IMG/VR virus record: IMGVR_UViG_3300047359_000671
Location: 1-64,000 of that record
Length of the DNA: 64,000 nt
Reading direction: 5' to 3' (one strand)
Source of the DNA: a virus
Shown in pieces: positions 56,966 through 64,000 of the stretch. The translations under genes and the position numbers were made by a program. The notes beneath the pieces are model-generated. The model worked only from the letters and a program-made list of their open reading frames with translations. It was not told the DNA's origin and did not search any database. How positions within the stretch are numbered: the first letter of the stretch is position 1; each line of letters begins with the position of its first letter.

Positions 56966-56999
56966 ACAGAAGTCAACCTTTTTTTTGAGAGAGAACAAC

Positions 57000-59057
57000 A
57001 TGGCAGACACACAAGATGTATATATTTCTGGTTATGACCCCAATTTACCAGACTGGGCGCTCGAAGCCACACAAAAACAGATAGCATCAGCACTTACGTT
57101 AGCCAATGTGGGCTCTACAAACATGCTTAAATTTCTTAAAGCAATATCTAATAATGAACAGATTTCGGTATCAGAACTTACCAAAGCAGTCAACGAACTA
57201 AAACAAGTAAAAGGTAAGATTGATGAAGGTACAAAACAAGAACAGAGGTCGTCACAACAAGAGGCAGCCCAAGATAGAAAAACAAATTCGTTCTTTGAGC
57301 GTCTAGTTAATTTACAAACTAAACAAAATAATTTAGAAAAACAACTACTAGATGAAACTAAGAAGAAACAAGCAGAACGACAGATACGTGGCGGTTTCAC
57401 AGACGAAGACTTACAGACACAAGAGTCTATGGACAAGTTAAAAAACCTAGGTAAGGGATTCAAAGCAGTAGCATCTGCATCAGCAGTAGCATCAGCAGGA
57501 ATTGAATCTGCATTTAGGCAAGGTTTTATGGACAGATTTGATATGGCACAAGAAATGCGACAATCTGGATTGTTGGCAGGGCTAGATTCTGCTTCTGCTG
57601 GATTATTGAATATGTCAGAAACAATTACAGATGCTAACTTTACTTTTGGTGAAGCCGCAGAATTCACAAAAAGATTTTCACAAGCAGTAGGTGTAACTGG
57701 GGTGCAGAGTGCGTTGCAGTTTGCAGACTCTATAGCAACAGGTGATGACGGGATGATGGCGAAACTAGGTATAGAGTTTGGCCAAGTTGCAAATATGACA
57801 GGCATGTATTTAGAGTCATTAAGAATTGCAGGTCAATTGAACGGTCGTTCTGACCAACAACTGCGTTCTGGTATGGATGACTTTATGAATAATGTAGTTA
57901 GCACAGCAAACGTATTAAAAGTTTCAGTTGAAGAGGCCGCAGAAATGATGATGAAAACGTTGGATACATCAGATACTGGTTTATTAGCAACTATGAATCA
58001 AGACCAAGCCGCAACGATTGAAAATGCACTAAGGTCTTTCGGTTCGCAAGGTGGACCTTTGATGGAAGCACTTTCTGCCAGATTGACAGCAGGTGACCAA
58101 GGAACATTCTTAAGAACAGAACAGTTTCAAGGATTACAAGGTACTGCATTAGGTCAAGAAATGTTACCATTTATTGAACAGATGGCACGTGTAGTTGAAG
58201 AAGGTGGAGATTTTCAAGGGTTCTTATCTAACAATATGGGGGATATGGCAGAGCGTGTTAGAGATTTGGCGTCACAAGCGGGTGTACGAGAACAACTTGT
58301 GGATGACCCACAATTAGCATCATTAGTCGGTGCGCTAATGCAACAAGCACAAAATATCGAAGATGCGGCAAAAGGAATGCCACAGTTAGATGAAGCAGGT
58401 AGAACTGGTCTTGTTAAGACAGAGTTAGATAGACAGGCTATCATTGCATCAGAAGATGTTGTAAACGAAAGTATGGGCGACTTTGTAGGAAATATGCAAA
58501 TATTGAATACGACACAAGCAGAATTAATAGAACAAGCACGTAAATCATTTAAAAATATATCAGGAATAACTGACATTGTTAATAACGTAGGAACTGCCCT
58601 AACCGTATTGACTAGAGTTGCAACTGAATTTGGTCTTTCACTTATAGACCTAGGAATTAATTCTGACCGATATGACGGGTTAGAAGATGCGATGAAATTA
58701 CAAGATATACAGAATAATCTAAATGGAAATGAAACACCTTCTGATAGAACTAATGTACAATCTATAGTAGATGTACAAAATGCGGCAGTTGAGTTGAGTG
58801 CTAAAGTAGATGCACCACAAACACATGAAGCAGTGTTTAATACATTAGCAGAACAATTGCGCAATTCTAATGTTACGTCTGAAGAACAATTAACACAACT
58901 CATTGACCTATTAAAACAAAATCAAGCAAATGCAGAAACAAGAATGAATGCTTCGCCAATAGGTTCGGATGAAAGACAAATAGAAATGCAAAATAACAAT
59001 GAATATAATCAATTAATATCATCTATTAATGACCTTCTAACGGAATTGAGACAATAA
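57000..59057 (+). CDS. Tail tape measure-like protein
   Basis: Long helical Ala/Gln/Met-rich protein with no Cys, divergent from the tail chaperone. Likely ATG at 57000. Confidence 0.7.
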   Translation: MADTQDVYISGYDPNLPDWALEATQKQIASALTLANVGSTNMLKFLKAISNNEQISVSELTKAVNELKQVKGKIDEGTKQEQRSSQQEAAQDRKTNSFFERLVNLQTKQNNLEKQLLDETKKKQAERQIRGGFTDEDLQTQESMDKLKNLGKGFKAVASASAVASAGIESAFRQGFMDRFDMAQEMRQSGLLAGLDSASAGLLNMSETITDANFTFGEAAEFTKRFSQAVGVTGVQSALQFADSIATGDDGMMAKLGIEFGQVANMTGMYLESLRIAGQLNGRSDQQLRSGMDDFMNNVVSTANVLKVSVEEAAEMMMKTLDTSDTGLLATMNQDQAATIENALRSFGSQGGPLMEALSARLTAGDQGTFLRTEQFQGLQGTALGQEMLPFIEQMARVVEEGGDFQGFLSNNMGDMAERVRDLASQAGVREQLVDDPQLASLVGALMQQAQNIEDAAKGMPQLDEAGRTGLVKTELDRQAIIASEDVVNESMGDFVGNMQILNTTQAELIEQARKSFKNISGITDIVNNVGTALTVLTRVATEFGLSLIDLGINSDRYDGLEDAMKLQDIQNNLNGNETPSDRTNVQSIVDVQNAAVELSAKVDAPQTHEAVFNTLAEQLRNSNVTSEEQLTQLIDLLKQNQANAETRMNASPIGSDERQIEMQNNNEYNQLISSINDLLTELRQ

Positions 59058-59069
59058 ACAAAATAAAGG

Positions 59070-59099
59070 TTGACATATACGATATAAATATGTTAATAT
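59070..59099 (+). promoter_or_regulatory. Nested sigma70 and late promoter upstream of portal
   Basis: TTGACA at 59070-59075; TATAAATA at 59083-59090; TG-T-TAATAT at 59091-59099. Confidence 0.72.
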
Positions 59100-59119
59100 A
59101 GAGAAATCGGGAAATAATT

Positions 59120-60805
59120 ATGACTTGGAAAAAATATTTTAAAACTTATGACGGGATGCCTGAGCGTTCTAAATCATCTACCTCTGGTGGTGGTGATGCT
59201 TCTAGTAAGAAGTATAGTAGTTGGCTACCTGAAGTTTATCAAGGGCAACCGAACAGAGTACAGCGTTATGGTCAATATGACCAGATGGATATGGACTCAG
59301 AAGTAAATGCGGCTTTAGATACTATTGCTGAATTCTCTACGCTATTCAATGAAACATCGAAACTAGCATTCCAAGTCGAGTTTAACGAAGACCCATCATT
59401 TACTGAAAATGAAATCATTCAAAAATCACTAAGACAGTGGTCAAATATGAATGAAATGAGTAAGCGTGTGTTTAGAATATTTAGAAACACAATTAAATAT
59501 GGTGACCAAATCTTTATTCGTGACCCAGAAACATATAAATTATATTGGGTTAACCCAGTTAAAATTGATAAGGTCGTTGTCAACGAAGGCAAAGGTAAGA
59601 AAGTAGAAGCATATTATATTAAAGATTTAGACCTCAACTTACAGAGTTTGAATATTACGGCTGACAGTACTAAATTAGCACAGACCGGCGCTGGTGCAAT
59701 GGGAATCCCAACACATAATGCTAGTACTACTCAAGGGTATACTGGTGGGACAGCGGGTGGTTCACGTTTTGCAACAGATGAGACATCAACTCCAGTTGAC
59801 GCAAAACACGTAGTTCATATCTCATTAAGTGAAGGTATCGACAGTTATTGGCCATTCGGCACAAGTATACTTGAACCAGTATTTAAAGTATACAAACAAA
59901 AAGAATTATTAGAAGATAGTATTATTATCTATCGTGTACAACGTGCACCAGAACGTAGAGTATTTTATATTGATGTTGGTGATATGCCAACTCATAAAGC
60001 ACGCCAGCACTTAGAACGCATTAAGAGTGATATTCATCAAAGACGTATTCCATCTAAAACAGGTGGTGGACAAAATGTTACAGATAGTGCATATAATCCA
60101 CTATCAATAATGGAAGATTATTTCTTTGCACAAACGGCTGAAGGTCGTGGCTCTAAGGTTGAAACATTACCTGGTGGTGAAAACTTAGGTCAAATTGATG
60201 ACTTAAAATATTTTAACGACAAACTATTACGAGGATTGCGTGTCCCACCTAGTTATTTAGGTGGTATTGATACTGGTGGTTCTGCGTTTAATGATGGTAG
60301 AACAGGTACTGCAATGATACAAGAGTTTAGATTTACTAAATTCTGTGAAAGATTACAGCAACTTATTATTGAAGAAATTGACCGTGAATTTAAGATGTTT
60401 ATAAAACATCGTGGTGTTATGATTGAAAGTAGTACGTTTGACTTGAAGTTCAATGTAGTTCAGAACTTCGGTAAGTTCCGTCAAGCAGAAGTAGACCAAG
60501 TTGCAATGAACGTATTCACTGGTATTGAAGGCGCAGATTACATTAGTAAGCGTTTTGCATTGAAACGTTTCTTAGGATTGTCAGATGAAGAAGTATTAGA
60601 GAATGAAATGTTATGGAAAGAAGAACATGATGTTGAAGACCCTCTAGCACAAAACCCTGATGGGTTGAAAGGTGTAGGCGCAAGTCCTGGTCCTGATATG
60701 GACATGGGCGGTGATGACTTCGATTTAGATGATGCAGAAGGCGATATTGAAGACGGTTCTCCAATATCAGGTGCGGAAAACGCCGAAACGGACGAAGAAG
60801 TATAA
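59120..60805 (+). CDS. Portal vertex protein (T4 gp20-like)
   Basis: LLEDSIIIYRVQRAPERRVFYIDVG.MP, MEDYFF, TLPGGENLG.IDD.KYF, L.VP.S. Confidence 0.97.
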   Translation: MTWKKYFKTYDGMPERSKSSTSGGGDASSKKYSSWLPEVYQGQPNRVQRYGQYDQMDMDSEVNAALDTIAEFSTLFNETSKLAFQVEFNEDPSFTENEIIQKSLRQWSNMNEMSKRVFRIFRNTIKYGDQIFIRDPETYKLYWVNPVKIDKVVVNEGKGKKVEAYYIKDLDLNLQSLNITADSTKLAQTGAGAMGIPTHNASTTQGYTGGTAGGSRFATDETSTPVDAKHVVHISLSEGIDSYWPFGTSILEPVFKVYKQKELLEDSIIIYRVQRAPERRVFYIDVGDMPTHKARQHLERIKSDIHQRRIPSKTGGGQNVTDSAYNPLSIMEDYFFAQTAEGRGSKVETLPGGENLGQIDDLKYFNDKLLRGLRVPPSYLGGIDTGGSAFNDGRTGTAMIQEFRFTKFCERLQQLIIEEIDREFKMFIKHRGVMIESSTFDLKFNVVQNFGKFRQAEVDQVAMNVFTGIEGADYISKRFALKRFLGLSDEEVLENEMLWKEEHDVEDPLAQNPDGLKGVGASPGPDMDMGGDDFDLDDAEGDIEDGSPISGAENAETDEEV

Positions 60806-60808
60806 ATA
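60801..60808 (+). promoter_or_regulatory. Late promoter TATAAATA
   Basis: Exact T4 late consensus overlapping the portal stop codon, 5 nt before the next ATG. Confidence 0.72.
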
Positions 60809-60813
60809 GTAGT

Positions 60814-61035
60814 ATGAGATATACTGATTTAAAAGAAAACTACTCACCCGAAGACGATGAGTTTACAAATACTAATTTAGACGATACTCGTAAGATTCGC
60901 CTAACACTTGAACACCTCTCTAAGTTAAGAAAAATTAGAGAATACAGGAAATATCAAAAAGGTATTGAAGCAGTACAAGTAAAACAACAATATGGTGCAA
61001 GTGGCGGAGACGATTCTGGAGCCGTAGAACTTTAA
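60814..61035 (+). CDS. Small head-morphogenesis protein
   Basis: DTRK.RLTL..L.KLRK.RE...QYG; lies between the portal and core genes. Confidence 0.72.
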   Translation: MRYTDLKENYSPEDDEFTNTNLDDTRKIRLTLEHLSKLRKIREYRKYQKGIEAVQVKQQYGASGGDDSGAVEL

Positions 61036-61146
61036 TTAAGTAGTATGTTTATGACATACAAAAATCACTAAATATCTTTTGAACCAAACAAAAGCGTCAA
61101 AAAACAGCCGTTTTTTGATATTTCCCTTATATACACACATTATCCC

Positions 61147-61154
61147 TATAAATA
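61147..61154 (+). promoter_or_regulatory. Late promoter TATAAATA
   Basis: Exact consensus upstream of the core-protease-scaffold-capsid operon. Confidence 0.8.
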
Positions 61155-61237
61155 CTTTTGAAACAAAGTAAAACGTTTCTATAACCTTGCCGCAATCTTA
61201 AGTGGCTAGACCAGAATAGATTTTAAGGAGACTTATA

Positions 61238-62083
61238 ATGTCAAGAAGTACACTAGAACAAGTGCTAGAATTGTTAATCAACGAAGAAAATGGCAAAGCA
61301 GAAGAATTGCTACATGACTTTGTTGTTGAACAAGCACGACAAATCCATGAGGCTTCTCTAAACGAAAGCGATAACGTTGTAGAAGAAGAACTTGAGGAAA
61401 TCGAAGAAGCATCAGAAGAAGTTGAAGAAGGTTTTGATTTAGAATCAGAATCCGATGAAATTGAGGCAGATGCAGATGAGATTGAAAACGAAGAAATTTA
61501 TGACGAAGACGACATGGAAGACGATGAAGCAGTTGATGACCTAGAAATGGGTGACGATGCTCCAGAAGGCGACATGGAAGACCGTGTAGATGATTTAGAA
61601 TCAGCACTTGCTGATTTAGAAGCAGAATTTGAAAAAATTATGTCAGGTGAAGAAGACGACATGGAAGACGAAGGCGAAGAAGCCGACGCTGAAATGGAAG
61701 AATCACTAGAACTAGACCTTGAAGAAGCAGAAGAAGTGGAAGAAGACCTAGAAGAAAGTGACGAAACAGAAACCGATTTAGAAGAGTCAGAAGAAGACGA
61801 ACAGTTAGACGAGTATGTAACTCCAGTAACTGCTTCAACTGGTGACAACGGTGATGCATCAGCAAAAACAACTGTTAATGCAAACCCAAAGAGACCAGGT
61901 GACGATTCAAACGCAAAACCAGTAGGCCAAAACGATGGTAACACATCAGGCGGCAAAGGTGATGCACCAAAAGATATGTCAACAGGTAATGTGAACACAT
62001 CAGGTAATAAAGCACCTAAGATGTCAACACAAACAGCAAAACCTGGTGATGATGGTGTAAATAAAAAAGCAATTACATCATAA
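61238..62083 (+). CDS. Highly acidic prohead core protein (gp67/gp68-like position)
   Basis: Extremely Asp/Glu-rich, AAGGAG RBS, lies between portal and protease. Confidence 0.72.
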   Translation: MSRSTLEQVLELLINEENGKAEELLHDFVVEQARQIHEASLNESDNVVEEELEEIEEASEEVEEGFDLESESDEIEADADEIENEEIYDEDDMEDDEAVDDLEMGDDAPEGDMEDRVDDLESALADLEAEFEKIMSGEEDDMEDEGEEADAEMEESLELDLEEAEEVEEDLEESDETETDLEESEEDEQLDEYVTPVTASTGDNGDASAKTTVNANPKRPGDDSNAKPVGQNDGNTSGGKGDAPKDMSTGNVNTSGNKAPKMSTQTAKPGDDGVNKKAITS

Positions 62084-62107
62084 GACTATAAACCTTAGGA
62101 GTAACCA

Positions 62108-62737
62108 ATGACCGTTCTTATTGAAAGATTATCACACAATCAAGCGAATGTACAAGCACGTATCGTTGAGAGTGAGAATGGTGAAAAGAGTATGTTCATG
62201 GAAGGCATTTTCGTCCAAGGCGGCGTTAAAAATGCTAACCAAAGAGTATACCCGGTGAAAGAGATAGCGAATGCAGTGGAGAAAGTTCAGCATAAAATTG
62301 CTGAAGGTTACCCAGTGCTTGGCGAATGCGACCACCCACCAGAATTGACAGTCAACGTTGACCGTGTTTCACATATTATTGAGAATATGTGGATGGATGG
62401 TCCAAACGGCTTTGGTAAACTTAAAGTTGTTCCTACACCCATGGGTAACATCATTAGAACACTAATCGAATCAGGCGCTACATTAGGTGTCTCATCTCGT
62501 GGTTCTGGTGAAGTTGACAACAGTGGTAACGTGAGTAATTTTGAGATTGTCACAGTTGACATCGTGGCGCAACCAAGCGCCCCGGACGCATATCCAAAGG
62601 CGATTTACGAAGGATTAATGAACATGCGTGGTGGTTTCCAAACATGGCAATTAGCACAAGATGTTCAACAAGATAAGAATGCTCAAAAATTCTTATCAAA
62701 CGAAATAGTTAAGTTCATTAGAGAACTCAAACTTTAA
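62108..62737 (+). CDS. Prohead core protease (T4 gp21-like)
   Basis: MEGIFVQ...KNANQRVYP, GECDHP, VSH.I, PTPMG, LGVSSRGSG, DIVAQPSAPDA. Confidence 0.96.
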   Translation: MTVLIERLSHNQANVQARIVESENGEKSMFMEGIFVQGGVKNANQRVYPVKEIANAVEKVQHKIAEGYPVLGECDHPPELTVNVDRVSHIIENMWMDGPNGFGKLKVVPTPMGNIIRTLIESGATLGVSSRGSGEVDNSGNVSNFEIVTVDIVAQPSAPDAYPKAIYEGLMNMRGGFQTWQLAQDVQQDKNAQKFLSNEIVKFIRELKL

Positions 62738-62751
62738 TAGGAGAACCAACA

Positions 62752-63870
62752 ATGGCACAAAACGAAATCCTTGCTGGTCTTCTTGAGTCAGGTATACTAG
62801 ACGAAAATGCTAGTACTCAAATATCTGAGGCTTGGGAAGCACAAATAAATGAAGCAAGAGAGGAGATTACAGCCGAACTGCGTGAGGAATTCGCTCAAAA
62901 GTTTGAACACGACAAATCAGTAATCGTTGAAGCAATGGATACAATGCTTACTTCAACAATAACTACTGAAATGGAAGAGTTTAAAAAAGACCGCGAAGAC
63001 TTGATTGCAGAACGTGTTGCATATAAGAAAGCAATTTCTGAACATGCAAAACTCCTTGAAAAATTCATTACTTCTCAGTTAGCAACCGAAGTTAAGGAAC
63101 TACGTGACGACCGTGCGAAAGTTAGCGAAAATTTAGAAAAAACTAAAGCATTCGTTGTTAAACAACTTTCACGTGAACTTGCAGAATTCCATGATGACAA
63201 ACGTGATTTAGTAGAAACTAAAGTACGTATGGTAGCAGAAGGTAAAGAACTTCTTAAGAAAACTAAAGAAGCCTTTATCAAACGTTCTGCTGAATTAGTT
63301 GAATCAACAATTGATAAAGCACTACGTTCAGAACTGGCTGTTCTTAAAGAGGACATTCAAGCGGCTAAAGAAAACGAATTTGGTCGTAAGATTTTTGAAA
63401 CATTTGCAGGCGAATTCATGTCTTCACAAATAAATGAAGGCACTGAAGTAGCGAAAATGAACAAAAAGTTAGACGAGTCTGCTCAGAAAGTTGCAGAACT
63501 AGAAGCAGTGATTACAGAGAAGGAAGAAACTATTACTAATGCTCAAAAGGCAGAGCGTGTACTACAAGACCGTATGAACCGTAAGGACGTACTAGAAGGT
63601 CTTTTAGCACCACTAGGCAAAGAAAAGCGTGATGTAATGGTGGACTTGCTGGAATCAGTAAAAACTTCAAACCTTAAAACTGCATTTAAAAAATATCTAC
63701 CAGCAGTTTTAAATGAAACCGTTTCAACGAAAGAAGAAACACAAACGTTAACAGAAGGCAAAGTGACTGAACACACTGGTAACCGCGAAGTTGAAGCAAC
63801 TTCAACGTCCGAGAGTCAGAGTGGCGATGCCAATATAATCCAGTTAAAGAAATTAGCCGGATTGAATTAA
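62752..63870 (+). CDS. Prohead scaffolding protein (T4 gp22-like)
   Basis: Coiled-coil, Glu-rich, FGRKIFE.F..E motif; lies between protease and capsid. Confidence 0.88.
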   Translation: MAQNEILAGLLESGILDENASTQISEAWEAQINEAREEITAELREEFAQKFEHDKSVIVEAMDTMLTSTITTEMEEFKKDREDLIAERVAYKKAISEHAKLLEKFITSQLATEVKELRDDRAKVSENLEKTKAFVVKQLSRELAEFHDDKRDLVETKVRMVAEGKELLKKTKEAFIKRSAELVESTIDKALRSELAVLKEDIQAAKENEFGRKIFETFAGEFMSSQINEGTEVAKMNKKLDESAQKVAELEAVITEKEETITNAQKAERVLQDRMNRKDVLEGLLAPLGKEKRDVMVDLLESVKTSNLKTAFKKYLPAVLNETVSTKEETQTLTEGKVTEHTGNREVEATSTSESQSGDANIIQLKKLAGLN

Positions 63871-63895
63871 TTAACCAGATACAGGAGATAAAAAG

Positions 63896-64000
63896 ATGGA
63901 AAATCTTTTTGAAGGAAATAACTGGGACACAACACGTGAAACACTTTTAGAAGGTCTAGAAGGTAACAAGCGTGACGTAATGTCATCAGTTTTAGAAAAC
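63896..64000 (+). CDS. Major capsid protein (T4 gp23-like), N-terminus only, truncated by the window edge
   Basis: AGGAG RBS; MENLFEGNNWDTTRETLLEGLEGNKRDVMSSVLEN; follows the scaffold gene. Confidence 0.85.
   Translation, partial: MENLFEGNNWDTTRETLLEGLEGNKRDVMSSVLEN

Noticed and set aside
61097-61118. Inverted repeat TCAAAAAAC-AGCC-GTTTTTTGA as a terminator
   Set aside because: The stem is almost all A/T with no separate U-tract. It may be an operator, but there is only one instance.
57032-63776. Long minus-strand ORFs (e.g. 57032-57805, 58214-58903, 61498-61998)
   Set aside because: These are Ser/Phe-rich antisense shadows caused by codon bias of the real plus-strand genes. The same applies to most short nested ORFs in the track.
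1-64000. tRNA, tmRNA, rRNA, integrase or transposase genes
   Set aside because: No cloverleaf/T-arm signatures in the intergenic gaps and no recombinase or transposase motifs were seen by eye.

Overview
This is an AT-rich, gene-dense segment of a large T4-superfamily (jumbo-type) myovirus read in the standard genetic code. Right part (22.9-64 kb): core morphogenesis and replication genes. These are fibre/baseplate proteins, gp6/gp25/gp5/gp53-like baseplate genes, gp55 late sigma, gp47/gp46, a GIY-YIG nuclease, a gp26-like tail chaperone, tape measure, portal gp20, protease gp21, scaffold gp22 and the start of capsid gp23. A sigma70-driven clpP operon also lies here. Left part (0-22.8 kb): a tightly coupled ~20 kb minus-strand operon plus one further radical SAM gene. 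Together they hold six radical SAM genes (seven CxxxCxxC domains, mostly with an N-terminal twitch-like Cys cluster), two SGNH-fold genes, a sulfotransferase-like gene, four glycosyltransferase-like genes and an NDP-sugar pathway. This looks like a phage glycan-building and tailoring system placed just downstream of the fibre genes. Non-coding signals read directly from the sequence: (1) a ~580 nt hairpin-rich minus-strand RNA candidate with GNRA loops, sitting between iteron-like repeats and the GIY-YIG gene; (2) a promoter-to-terminator ~118 nt sRNA with three UCUCAAC motifs complementary to the AGAGAG-type ribosome-binding sites of late genes; (3) a -1 slippery site (A AAU UUU) fusing the gp26-like chaperone to the next ORF; (4) a 12 bp quasi-palindrome exactly 9 nt upstream of the late-promoter box in three tail/baseplate operons. 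All family calls come from motif recognition by eye; no searches were run.
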